Assembly (NCBI GenBank): GCA_963828605.1 | Contig: CAWHER010000001.1 | Location: forward strand, 334,102-398,101 | Direction of reading: 5' to 3' | Origin: an uncultured Actinomycetota bacterium | GTDB lineage: Bacteria; Actinomycetota; Actinomycetes; Mycobacteriales; QHCD01 | DNA: 64,000 nucleotides | In this document: piece by piece, positions 16,700-27,667 of the stretch | Layout of the letters: each line of letters starts with the position of its first letter | How positions within the stretch are numbered: position 1 is the stretch's first letter | Program-made: the position numbers and the translations under genes | Notes under the pieces: model-generated | What the model was told of the DNA's origin: nothing | The model's input: the letters and a program-made list of their open reading frames with translations, nothing else | Databases searched by the model: none

Positions 16700-17688
16700 C
16701 CATGGCGGACTCCTCGGTCGAGGACGAGGAGAGGGCCGCCCAGGACGAGGCCCACGAACTCCGCTGGCGCATGATCCGGCGCCGGGCCGCGGTCGGCTAC
16801 TTCGTCGTGCTGGCCGCGTTCATCCCGACGGTGGGCATCCCGGAGGATCGCGAGGGCCTGCTGCTCTGGATCCTCGCGGCCCTGGGGATCCGCTGCCTGG
16901 GCCGGGGATGGCGCAGCTTCCGCCGGGTGCTGCTCGACTGGCTGCCCTTCACCGCCGTCCTCATCGCCTACGACTACACGCGGGGGATCGCCGACAACCT
17001 CGGTATCGCCACCCACGTCATCGAGCCCGCACACGCCGACCTGTGGATGTTCCACGGCGTCCTGCCGACCTACTGGCTGCAGCAGCACCTGTCCGTGCCC
17101 GGACATGCCCGGTGGTACGACGCCGTCGTCACCCTCGTCTACACCTCCCATTTCCTGGTCACCCCGATCGCGGCGGTGTTCCTCTGGCTGCGCAACCGGC
17201 AACGCTGGATCGGCTTCATCACCCGCATCATCGTGCTCTCGCTGGCCGGGTTGCTGACCTACGTGCTCTACCCGATGGCCCCGCCGTGGTACGCCGCCCG
17301 CGCGGGCCTGATCGACCCCGTGCGGCGGATCTCCTCGGTCGGCTGGCAGGTGCTCGGCCTCAACCACGCCGGCAGCATCCTGGCCGGGGCACAGGCCTCG
17401 GTGAACGCGGTCGCGGCCATGCCGTCCCTGCATACCGCGACGGCGACGCTGATCGCGCTGTACTTCATCCCGCGGGCACCGTGGTGGGGCAAGATCCCGC
17501 TCGCCTGCTACCCGCTGCTCATGGGCCTGGCGCTGGTCTACTCCGGCGAGCACTACGTCATCGACCTGCTCTTCGGATACGTCTACGCGGTGGTCGTGAT
17601 GGTCGGTGTCGGCGCCGGCGAGCGGTGGTGGGCCGGTCGCCGGCGGCGCCGCCAGACCCTCTCGCCAGGCTGCCTGCCGCGCGGCTAG
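16696..17688 (+). CDS. PAP2-superfamily membrane protein (PAP2_C / inositol-phosphorylceramide-synthase-like)
   Basis: Intact 330-aa polytopic ORF. It carries [24 protein letters not shown] and [15 protein letters not shown], which give an S-x-H ... H-Y-x-x-D arrangement. Confidence 0.65.
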   Translation: MTMADSSVEDEERAAQDEAHELRWRMIRRRAAVGYFVVLAAFIPTVGIPEDREGLLLWILAALGIRCLGRGWRSFRRVLLDWLPFTAVLIAYDYTRGIADNLGIATHVIEPAHADLWMFHGVLPTYWLQQHLSVPGHARWYDAVVTLVYTSHFLVTPIAAVFLWLRNRQRWIGFITRIIVLSLAGLLTYVLYPMAPPWYAARAGLIDPVRRISSVGWQVLGLNHAGSILAGAQASVNAVAAMPSLHTATATLIALYFIPRAPWWGKIPLACYPLLMGLALVYSGEHYVIDLLFGYVYAVVVMVGVGAGERWWAGRRRRRQTLSPGCLPRG

Positions 17689-17721
17689 CGTGGGCGGCAC
17701 GCCGCCGGGAGGAGAAGCCGC

Positions 17722-19258
17722 ATGCGCGTTCCGCTGACCACACAGGACTTCCTGACCCGCGGCGCCGCGGTCTACCCGGACCGCACCGCCGTCGTCGACG
17801 AGCCCGGGCAACCGGCCGCAACGGTCGGCTGAGCCCACCTTCGCCCAACTGCAGTCCCGGGTCCGGGCGATCCAGGCCGGCCTCGACGACCTCGGCATCG
17901 GCCCGGGGGAGCGGGTCGCCGTCGTCAGCCACAACGCGGCGCGGCTGCTCGAACTGCTCTACGCCGTACCGTCCTCCGGTCGCATCCTGGTGCCGGTCAA
18001 CTTCCGGCTGCGGCCGGACGAGGTCGAGCTACATCGTCGGCGAACAGCGGCGCCGCGGACGCTGCTGGTCGACCCCGACCTGGCCGGACTGCTCGACCGG
18101 AGTCACCGGTCCGCACCGCGTTCGTGCTCGGCACGGCCGAGCGACGAGGTGCTGCTGCGACCCGACCGGGAGCCGCGGGCCGTGGGCGCGGCCGGACGAA
18201 GACGCGACGGCCACGATCAACTACACCAGCGGCACGACCGCCCGGCCCAAGGGTGTCGAGCTCACCCACCGCAACATCTGGATCAACGCGGTGACCTTCG
18301 GGCTGCACACCACGGTCACCGACCGCGACGTCTACCTGCACACACTGCCGATGTTCCACTGCAACGGCTGGGGGATGCTCTACGCCACGGCCGGGCTCGG
18401 CGTGCCGCAGGTGGTGCTCCGCAAGGTCGACGGCGCCGAGATCCTGCGCCGGGTCGAGCGCTACGGCGTCACTCTCATGTGCGGCGCGCCGGCCGTGTGG
18501 AACGCCGTACTGGAGGCCGCCGCCGGGTGGGACGGCGAGATCCCGGGCCGCGGCCGGGTGCGGCTGGTCTGCGCGGGCGCGCCGCCGCCCTCGCGCACCA
18601 TCGAGCGGATCGAGACCGAGCTCGGTTGGGAGTTCATCCAGATCTACGGGCTCACCGAGACCTCGCCGCTGCTGACCATCAACCGGCGGCGCGCGGAGGA
18701 CGATCAACTCCCGGCGGCGGAGCGGGCGCCGGCGGCTGTCCCGGGCCGGCGCGCCAGCGCTCGGCGTACAGGTCGCGATCAGCGACGACCGGCGAGGTGC
18801 TGGCCCGCTCCAACGTCGTACTCGGCGGCTACTGGGACAACCCGCAGGCGTCTGCGGACGCGCTGGACGGCGGGCTGGTTCCACACCGGGGACGGCGGGC
18901 GCGTCGACGACGAGGGCTTCCTCACGATCTCCGACCGGATGAAGGACGTCATCATCACCGGCGGCGAGAACGTGTCGTCGATCGAGGTCGAGGACTGCAT
19001 CTTCCGCCACCCGGCGGTCGCCGAGGTCGCGGTGATCGGCGTGCCGGACGAGAAGTGGGGCGAGACGATCAAGGCGCTGGTCGTGCTCGCTGCCGGCGCG
19101 CGGTACCGACGAGGCCGACATCATCGCCCACTGCAAGTCCAGGCTGGCCGGCTTCAAGGCGCCCGACGTCGGTGGAGTTCCGGCCGGAGATCCCGCGCAC
19201 CGCGACCGGCAAGGTGCAGAAGTTCAAGCTCCGCGAAGAGTACGGCGTGGGCCACTGA
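17722..19258 (+). pseudogene. AMP-dependent acyl-CoA synthetase/ligase (FadD-like); several frame switches
   Basis: ATG 17722 follows GGGAGGAG. Segments read TINYTSGTTARPKGVELTHRN (AMP-binding motif), LPMFHCNGWG, IYGLTETSP, WFHTGDGGRVDDEGFLTISDRMKDVIITGGENVSSIEVE and KVQKFKLREEY*. Confidence 0.85.
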
Positions 19259-19565
19259 GAGCACGACCGGGCCACTGGCCAGCACTGACCAGCACTGAGT
19301 AGCGGTGGGTCGGCGCATGTCCGGCATGAGTGCCGGCGGCCCGCATGATGGAAAACAGCGGTTTGAGTCTGCGAATTTCCATGCCCCGAAGTGCCTTCCT
19401 CTGCGTTTAAGCACTTATCGCCGCTTAGCCGGACTTGATACGTGGTGTTTTTCCTGTGCACGACTGGCGCCACAGTGACGAATGGTGGCATCGTGTCCAA
19501 TGCCGTGTCGCGGGGTCGCTGAAGTAGGTGTCAGCTTTCGGGCTACGGAGGTGTACTCCAGGTCG

Positions 19566-20973
19566 ATGGAGCGTCCGGGTATGCCGCTGATGATTGCCGC
19601 GCTGATCGGGTCGCTCACGCTCACGATCTTCGCGGTGCTGGCACCTCGCAAGCTCCACACAACCCCACCGACGGCCAGATCGCGGGCCGCGAAGACCAAG
19701 GCGGAGCGGGCCAGAGACGTCGGTCGGCTGAGGCCCAGGTGGCCAAGGCGGCCGGCGACATCGCAGCGGCTGGGCGACCGCCGCCGAGTTGGCCGGGGAG
19801 CGCTACAACAAGGCGGTCGCCGACTACGGCGCGGCGCAGACCAAGGCCGCGGCGGCGGAGGCGCGGCGACGGGGCAGCCGGCCGGGTAACACCGCCCGCG
19901 CGGGACGGTCGGGAAGTTCGCCCACGACAGCTACATCAGGGCAGCATGCTCGGATCGTCGCTGCCCTGCTCGACTCCGGCGGCCCGGCCACCTGATCGAG
20001 CGCGCAGGCCTCCTGCGGCCGCCGGCGAGCGCAGACCTGCCGTGCTCGAACGGATACCAGGTCGCCAGCGTCGCCAAGGCGAACGCCGACGCCGCCGCCC
20101 GGGCGGCGGTCGGCGTGATGGCGCCGGCCAAGACGAGGCGGCGGCGCCAAGCAGGTCGCGGAGCGAAGGTCGGCGCGGCGAGGACCCAGCTCGCCGTGCT
20201 CAGAACCGGAAGACCATCTGGAGGGCCAGCTGGTGAGGCCAAGGCGCGGCTGGCCGGTCTGCCGACGCCCGCCAGGCGTACCTCAAGTGGAAGCGCCAGC
20301 AGGAGGCCGCCGCCCGCCGGGCCGCCACGAGCGGGCCAAGGAGGCGGCTGCGGGCCGCGCGGCGGCCGAGCAGGCGCGGCGAGGCCCGGGCCGACGCGGC
20401 GGCCCGCGCACAGGCGGCCGCCAGGGCGCAGGCCCGGCGCAGGCCGCGGCGACACAGCAGGTGGCCCAACAGGTGGGCACCGGTTCCGGGACGGGACCCA
20501 GCAGGCGAGTTCCGATCAACCGGCGGCGGTGACTCTGAGCGCCGCGGCGAGCGTCGGCTGGACCGCTGCTGCAGGGCAGCGCCGCCGTGGCCGCCGCGAT
20601 GCGCTGGATCGGGACTCCCTACGCCTGGTCCGGCGGCACGGCGTCCGGGCCGAGCTACGGCACCGCCCCGGATACGGGCATCCTCGGCTTCGACTGCTCC
20701 GGCCTGGCTCTCTACGCCTGGGCGCAGGCGGGGATCACGCTCCCGCACTTCAGCGGCTACCAGTACGACATGGGCAGCCACCCGTCGATGGACAGCCTGA
20801 TGCCGGGCGACCTGCTGTTCTGGTCCTACGACGGCACCCCGTCGGCCATCCACCACGTGGCCATCTACGTCGGCGGCGGCCAGGTGCTCGAGGCCCCGGA
20901 GAGCGGCGACGTCGTCAAGATCGTCCCGATCTGGTACGACGGCCTGGTCGGGGCCACCCGCCCGGGGTCCTGA
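19566..20973 (+). pseudogene. RipA-like secreted NlpC/P60 peptidoglycan endopeptidase; the N-terminal coiled-coil part is frame-disrupted; start approximate
   Basis: The C-terminal domain is intact (20587..20973): RWIGTPYAWSGGTASGPSYG...GFDCSGLALYAWAQAGITLPHFSGYQY...HHVAIYVGGGQVLEAP, giving the Cys/His catalytic pattern. Upstream there is a signal-like MERPGMPLMIAALIGSLTLTIFA and Ala/Gln/Arg-rich segments in shifting frames. Confidence 0.75.
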
Positions 20974-21017
20974 CCCGGCCGGTCGCGCGAGGTCGGCGCC
21001 GGGGCATAAGGGGTGAC

Positions 21018-22073
21018 ATGACTCCCGCCGCTCACCGTCGGCCCCCGGGCCGATCGCGCCGCCGGTCTCACCGACCGGCACGGCCGGCGGGCGCGTGACC
21101 TGCGGGTATCACTGACCGACCGCTGCTCGCTGCGCTGCACCTACTGCATGCCCGCCGAGGGCCTGACCTGGTTGGCCGCGAGCGGAACTGCTCACCGACG
21201 GCGAGCTGGTGCGGCTGGTCGGGGTGCTCGTCGACCTCGGGGTGCGACGCCTGCGGTTGACCGGCGGCGAACCACTCGATCCGGCCGGGGGTGCCCGATC
21301 TCGTCGGCCCGGTTCGCGGCCCTGTCGCCCGGACCTCGAGATCTCGCTGACCACCAACGGGCTGGCGCTCGCCGCGCAGGCCGCCGACCTCGCCCGAGGC
21401 GGGACTGCGCCGGGTCAACATCTCCCTGGACACCCTCGATCCGGCCCGGTTCGCCCGGAGCGACCCGCCGCGACCGGCACGCCGACGTCCTGGCCGGGCT
21501 TGCGCGCGGCGCGGGACGCCGGGCTGACGCCGGTCAAGGTCAACGCGGTGCTGCTGCGCGGGGTCAACGACGACGAGGCGCCGGCGCTGCTGGACTGGTG
21601 CCTGCGGCACGGCTACAGCTTCGCATCATCGAGCAGATGCCGCTCGATCCTCAGCACGGGTGGGACCGGGCCCGGATGATGACCGCCGAGCGAGGTGCTC
21701 GCCGCGCTGTCGACGTCCTACCGGATGGCGCCGGAGCCCGACCGGGGGAGTGCTCCGGCCGAGGTCTGGCAGGTGCTCGACGGGCCGGGACTGCCACCGG
21801 GGACGACCGGGCCGGGTCGGCGTGATCGGCTCCGTGACCCGGCCGTTCTGCGCGGCCTGCGACCGGGTGCGGCTCACCGCCGACGGCCAACTTCGTAACT
21901 GTCTGTTCGCACGCGAGGAGTCCGACCTGCGGACGGCGTTGCGGGGCGGGGCGAGCGATGACCAACTGGCCCGGCAGATGCAGGCCGCCGTCGCGGCGAA
22001 GCGGTTCGGGCACGGGATCGACGACCCGGACTTCGCCCAGCCGGACCGGCCGATGTCCGCGATCGGCGGCTGA
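21018..22073 (+). pseudogene. moaA: GTP 3',8-cyclase MoaA (radical SAM); several frame switches
   Basis: [23 protein letters not shown] (CxxxCxxC), [61 protein letters not shown] and GSVTRPFCAACDRVRLTADGQLRNCLFAREE, ending ...DRPMSAIGG*. Confidence 0.85.
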
Positions 22074-22093
22074 CCGAGGCCCAGGTCGGTCAG
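22070..22093. terminator. Hairpin between convergent moaA and a small ORF
   Basis: CTGACCGA-8 nt-TCGGTCAG. It spans the moaA stop. Confidence 0.35.
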
Positions 22094-22097
22094 CGGG

Positions 22098-22331
22098 TCA
22101 TCGCGTCAGCGGGTCGGTACGGCGGAGGAACCCCCGCGCGCCGAGAAACTCCGACAGCGATTCGCGGTGCTCGTCGCAGGCGATCCAGGTCTTCTCGCGA
22201 TCCGGGGTGTGGACCCGCGGGTTGTTCCAGATCAGTGCCCACACGCCCGCGGACGCGCACCCGCGGGCGGAGCAGACCGCAGCGCCGGCATCGTGCTCGT
22301 CCAGGTCGCCAGTCATCGGGTCGTCAGTCAT
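22098..22331 (-). CDS. Small hypothetical protein with a C-x2-C ... C-x2-H pattern, possible zinc-binding
   Basis: 77-aa ORF: MTDDPMTGDLDEHDAGAAVCSARGCASAGVWALIWNNPRVHTPDREKTWIACDEHRESLSEFLGARGFL... It has good coding-like codon bias. I do not recognise a family. Confidence 0.5.
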   Translation of the reverse strand: MTDDPMTGDLDEHDAGAAVCSARGCASAGVWALIWNNPRVHTPDREKTWIACDEHRESLSEFLGARGFLRRTDPLTR

Positions 22332-22448
22332 CCGCGCGAGTGTGTCACGGGCGGTCGGAAGGCAAAAAGGCGTCGGGCAGCCACGGGGGGAGCTGCCCGA
22401 CGCGGACAGCACGCTACACCAGCCGGACCCCGTGCGGTCAACCGCGAC

Positions 22449-23213
22449 TCACGGCGTGTCAGGCATGACACGCCCAGGTGGCCGGCGGGTCCGGCCACCG
22501 CGGTCGACGTCGCCCGCGGCCGGTTGCAGCCCGACCAGCCAGCACCGTCGGCCGTCGTCGACCCACTCGATGTCCCAGCGCTGCGCCCCGACCACCTCTC
22601 GCACGTCACGGAGCACCCGGACGAGGCGCATCCCCCACGGGGGCAGCGGGACGCGGTCGGTGGCGCGGTGCGGGCGGTCGCGCGGCCGCAGGGGTCGGGC
22701 CGCCCACCGTCCGACCTCGCGGTCCCCCCCGACGTCCCGGGCCTCCGGCGTCACCTCGTGCCAGGACACCAGGTCGTCCCGGCCCGGTCCGGTGACCGCG
22801 GCACCCGCCTGCACCCCGGGCACGTGGGCCAGCAGGACGACGTCAGCCCGGGTGACTCCCGCGGCCGCGCCGGTGGCCCAGATCGACCGGACCGCGGCGA
22901 CGAGCGCCGGACGATCGACGGCCGGGAGCCCCTGGATCGTGTGGGAGGCGACACCACCCGGCGCCGCGAATGCGCTACGTAGAGTGATCGATTCGGCGGG
23001 GTGCGCCGGGCCGGCCAGATCCGCGTCGTCGATGCCGTCCCACCGGCGGGCGGCATCGAGCAGGACCGCTCCGGCCGGCACCGGCAGCCCGGCGCGGGCG
23101 CACCGGTCGAGCAGATCGGCCCGCGGGCCGGCGCCGGCCGCGCCGGCCAGACCGGATCCGAGCCGGATGAGCGGAGCCGGATCGGCGGGGCGGTCCGGGC
23201 GTCGCGCGGTCAC
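22449..23213 (-). CDS. Hypothetical protein; the N-terminus resembles a PEP/pyruvate-binding (PPDK_N / ATP-grasp-like) fold
   Basis: Intact 254-aa ORF with a GTG start. LLDRCARAGLPVPAGAVLLD resembles the start of PPDK_N domains. The rest is unassigned. Confidence 0.45.
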   Translation of the reverse strand: MTARRPDRPADPAPLIRLGSGLAGAAGAGPRADLLDRCARAGLPVPAGAVLLDAARRWDGIDDADLAGPAHPAESITLRSAFAAPGGVASHTIQGLPAVDRPALVAAVRSIWATGAAAGVTRADVVLLAHVPGVQAGAAVTGPGRDDLVSWHEVTPEARDVGGDREVGRWAARPLRPRDRPHRATDRVPLPPWGMRLVRVLRDVREVVGAQRWDIEWVDDGRRCWLVGLQPAAGDVDRGGRTRRPPGRVMPDTP

Positions 23214-23385
23214 CCGCCCGAGCCTAGAGGCCTGCGGCCGTCGAACGGGCTATCGGGTCAGGCCCGCACGCGGGGTCGCGACGTCGTACGGTTACCTGGC
23301 AACACCCTGGGAACCTCCCCGGGTCGCCGCTGCGCGGGCCGGGAAGCCCCCACGCTGGGAAGCCGATGAGCCGACAGGAGGCGCG

Positions 23386-24555
23386 GTGAGCGATCCAGCC
23401 GATCCGTCGCCGGACCAGGGGGACACCGTGAGCACACCGGCCCGGGACGCGACCCTGCTCGAGCAGGCGATGTTCGAGATCAAGCGGGTGATCGTCGGCC
23501 AGGACCGCATGGTCGAGCGGATGCTCGTAGCGCTGCTCTCCCGCGGTCACTGCCTGGTGGAGGGCGTTCCCGGCGTGGCCAAGACACTGGCCGTCGAGAC
23601 GCTCGCGGCGACCTTCGGCGGAACGTTCTCCCGGCTGCAGTTCACCCCGGACCTGGTGCCGGCCGACATCGTCGGCACCCGCATCTACCGCGCCGGTCAG
23701 GAGCGCTTCGACACCGAGCTCGGACCGGTGTTCGCCAACTTCCTGCTCACCGACGAGGTCAACCGGGCGCCGGCGAAGGTGCAGTCGGCGCTGCTGGAGG
23801 TCATGTCCGAGCAGCAGGTCTCCATCGGCGGCATCACCTACCAGATGCCCTCGCCGTTCCTGGTCCTCGCCACCCAGAACCCGATCGAGTCCGAGGGCGT
23901 CTACCCGCTGCCCGAGGCGCAGCGGGACCGCTTCCTGCTCAAGATCGTCGTCGACTACCCGACGATGGAGGAGGAGCGGGAGATCATCTACCGGATGGGT
24001 GTCGAGCGGCCGGTGGCCTCGCAGGTCCTCACGCCGGCCGACGTGCTGCGGCTGCAGGATTCGGCGAACCGGGTGTTCGTCCACCACGCCCTGGTCGACT
24101 ACGTCGTGCGGCTGGTCTTCGCGACCAGGCAGCCCCGTGAGCACGGCATGCCCGACGTCGCCGGCTGGGTGTCCTACGGCGCCAGCCCGCGCGCCTCGCT
24201 CGGCCTGATCGCGGCAGGCCGGGCCCTGGCGTTGATGCGCGGCCGGGACTACGTGCTTCCCCAGGACGTCGTCGACGTCGCCCCCGACATCCTGGGCCAC
24301 CGGCTGGTGCTCTCCTACGACGCGCTCGCCGACGGCGTACCGGCCGAGCATGTGATCCGGCGGGTGCTGGCGACGGTGCCGCTGCCGCAGGTCAGCCCCC
24401 GGCAGCGCTCCGGCGGCTATCCGGGCGGGACCGCTCCGGCGCCGCATTCCGCGGGCCAGTCCGCACCCCAGCCCGCGGCCCAGCCGGCGCCGCATCCGGG
24501 CTCCTATCCGGGCTCCTACCCCCGGCCCGAGCCGCCGGGAGAACGGTCGGCGTGA
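23386..24555 (+). CDS. moxR: MoxR-family AAA+ ATPase with a Pro/Gly/Tyr-rich C-terminal tail
   Basis: GTG 23386 follows CAGGAGG. The sequence reads GHCLVEGVPGVAKTL (Walker A), NFLLTDEVNRAPAKVQSALLEVM (Walker B), FLVLATQNPIESEGVYPLPEAQRDRF. The ORF is intact. Confidence 0.9.
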   Translation: MSDPADPSPDQGDTVSTPARDATLLEQAMFEIKRVIVGQDRMVERMLVALLSRGHCLVEGVPGVAKTLAVETLAATFGGTFSRLQFTPDLVPADIVGTRIYRAGQERFDTELGPVFANFLLTDEVNRAPAKVQSALLEVMSEQQVSIGGITYQMPSPFLVLATQNPIESEGVYPLPEAQRDRFLLKIVVDYPTMEEEREIIYRMGVERPVASQVLTPADVLRLQDSANRVFVHHALVDYVVRLVFATRQPREHGMPDVAGWVSYGASPRASLGLIAAGRALALMRGRDYVLPQDVVDVAPDILGHRLVLSYDALADGVPAEHVIRRVLATVPLPQVSPRQRSGGYPGGTAPAPHSAGQSAPQPAAQPAPHPGSYPGSYPRPEPPGERSA

Positions 24556-25506
24556 GGACCAGCCCGCCGGCGCGGGCGGCGGCCATCGGGGCGCCGCCCT
24601 CGCTGTCCTGCCGGGACGGCCGAGGCGGTGCTCGCCAAGCTCGAGCTCATCGTCCGCCGCCGGCTGGACGGGCTCCTGCAGGGCAACCATCTCGGTCTCA
24701 TCCCCGGTCCCGGCTCCGAGCCGGGCGAGTCGCGGGTCTACTACCCGGGCGACGACGTACGCCGGATGGACTGGCCGGTGACCGCGCGCACCACGATCCC
24801 GCACGTGCGGGAGACCATCGCCGACCGCGAACTCGAGACGTGGGTCGGTGATCGACCTCTCGCCGAGCCTCGACTTCGGCACGGCGGCCTGCGAGAAGCG
24901 CGACCTGGCTGTCGCCGGCCTCGCCGCGATCGTCTACCTCACCCAGCACGGCGGCAACCGGGTCGGCGCGATCGTGGCCACCGGCAACGGCGCAACCAGG
25001 ATCCCGGCCCGGTCGGGACGCGCCCACTCGCAGGCGCTCATCCGCCAGGTGGTGCGGACCCCCCGCGCCGACCGCGGCCGCCGCGGCGACCTCGCCGCGG
25101 CGCTGGAGACGCTCCGCCGCCCGCCGCGGCGGCGGGGACTGGCCGTGGTCATCTCCGACTTCCTCGGGGAGCGCACCTGGGAGGGCCCGCTGCGGGCTCT
25201 CGCGGGGCGGCACGAGGTCCTGGCGATCGAGGTGCTCGATCCGCGGGAGCTCGACATCCCCGACGTCGGGCTGCTCACGGTGGTCGACCCGGAGTCCGGG
25301 CAGCAGTTGGACGTGCAGACCTCACGGCGGGGGCTGCGGGAGCGGTACGCCGCGGCCGCCCGGGCGGAGCGGCAGGAGATCGCCGCGACGATCCGCCGGG
25401 CCGGCGCGGGGCACTGATCCTGCGTACCGACGGCGACTGGCTGTTGGACATCCTGCGGTTCGTCGCCGCACGCCGGCGGCGCGCGTCCGGTGGTGCATTG
25501 CGATGA
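24552..25506 (+). pseudogene. DUF58 domain protein (MoxR-operon partner, Rv1480-like); frame-disrupted
   Basis: GTG overlaps the moxR TGA. Segments read LELIVRRRLDGLLQGNHLGLIPGPGSEPGESRVYYPGDDVRRMDW, then VIDLSPSLDFG...VVISDFLGERTWEGPLRALAGRHEVLAIEVLDPRE in other frames. Confidence 0.8.
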
Positions 25507-25516
25507 GGAGCCGGTG

Positions 25517-26482
25517 ATGTCGGGGTTCCTGTCTCCGGGCTGGCTGTGGGTGCTGCTGGCGGTCGCTGCGCTGCTGGTCCTCTACGTCGTACTCGCCCGG
25601 CGCCGGGGTCGCTACGCCGCCCGGTTCACCAACGTGGCGCTGCTGGACAGCGTCGCCCCCAAGCGGCCGGGATGGCGCCGGCACGTGGCGTTCGGTCTGC
25701 TGCTGCTGGCGCTGGCGTCGCTCACCGTGGCGATGGCCCGGCCGGCCCGGCAGGTGAAGGTTCCGCGGGACCGGGCCACGGTGATGATGGTCATCGACGT
25801 GTCCCTGTCGATGGAGGCCACCGACGTCACCCCGACCCGCCTGAAGGCGGCGAAGGCGGCGGCCAAGCAGTTCGCGCACCTGCTGCCCAAGCAGATCAAC
25901 CTCGGGCTGGTGTCCTTCGCCGGAACTCCCACCGTCGACGTTGCGCCGACCACCAACCGCGAGTCGGTGACCCGCGCGATCGACGACCTGCAGCTGGCCC
26001 AGTCGACCGCGACCGGTGACGCGATCATCGCCGCCCTCGGCGCCCTGCGGTCGTTCCGAGTCCAGCTCCCGACCGAGAACGGGCAGCTGAAGCCGGTCCC
26101 GTCCAAGATCGTGATGCTCTCCGACGGTGCCCGCACCGTCGGCCGACCGGTCTCGGACGCGATCCAGGCCGCGCAGAAGGCGCGCGTGCCGGTCTCCACG
26201 ATCGCCTTCGGAACGGCGGAGGGATCGATCGAGCTGGAGGGCCAGCAGCAGCAGGTGCCGGTGGACACCGAGACGATGAAGGAGATCGCCAAGGGCACCG
26301 GCGGCAGCTACCACTCCGCCGCGTCCGCCGACGAGCTGCGGGCCGTCTACCACGACCTCGGCAGCCAGATCGGCTACACCACCCAGCATCGCGAGGTCAC
26401 CGTCTGGGCGGTCGGCGTCGGCCTGATCCTCGCCCTCGCCGCCGCCGGTCTCTCCCTGCTGTGGACCAACCGGCTGCTCTGA
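25517..26482 (+). CDS. VWA domain membrane protein (BatA / Rv1481-like)
   Basis: Intact ORF with an N-terminal TM, the MIDAS motif VMMVIDVSLSMEATD, ...GLVSFAGTPTV...TATGDAI, and a C-terminal TM. Confidence 0.9.
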   Translation: MSGFLSPGWLWVLLAVAALLVLYVVLARRRGRYAARFTNVALLDSVAPKRPGWRRHVAFGLLLLALASLTVAMARPARQVKVPRDRATVMMVIDVSLSMEATDVTPTRLKAAKAAAKQFAHLLPKQINLGLVSFAGTPTVDVAPTTNRESVTRAIDDLQLAQSTATGDAIIAALGALRSFRVQLPTENGQLKPVPSKIVMLSDGARTVGRPVSDAIQAAQKARVPVSTIAFGTAEGSIELEGQQQQVPVDTETMKEIAKGTGGSYHSAASADELRAVYHDLGSQIGYTTQHREVTVWAVGVGLILALAAAGLSLLWTNRLL

Positions 26483-26520
26483 GCACCGCGCCGCCACCCC
26501 ATTGCGCCACGCCCCGGTTC

Positions 26521-27612
<1,092 letters not shown>

Positions 27613-27667
27613 CCGTGCGGCGTGCGACACGTTCGCGCTACAGGTCGACGACAGCGGAGGAGACAGC

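Noticed and set aside
19259-19565. Firm call of a ydaO-type c-di-AMP riboswitch
   Set aside because: Context fits, being upstream of an NlpC/P60 hydrolase. However, I cannot find the conserved core blocks of the motif by eye. It is kept only as a hypothesis to test with a covariance model.
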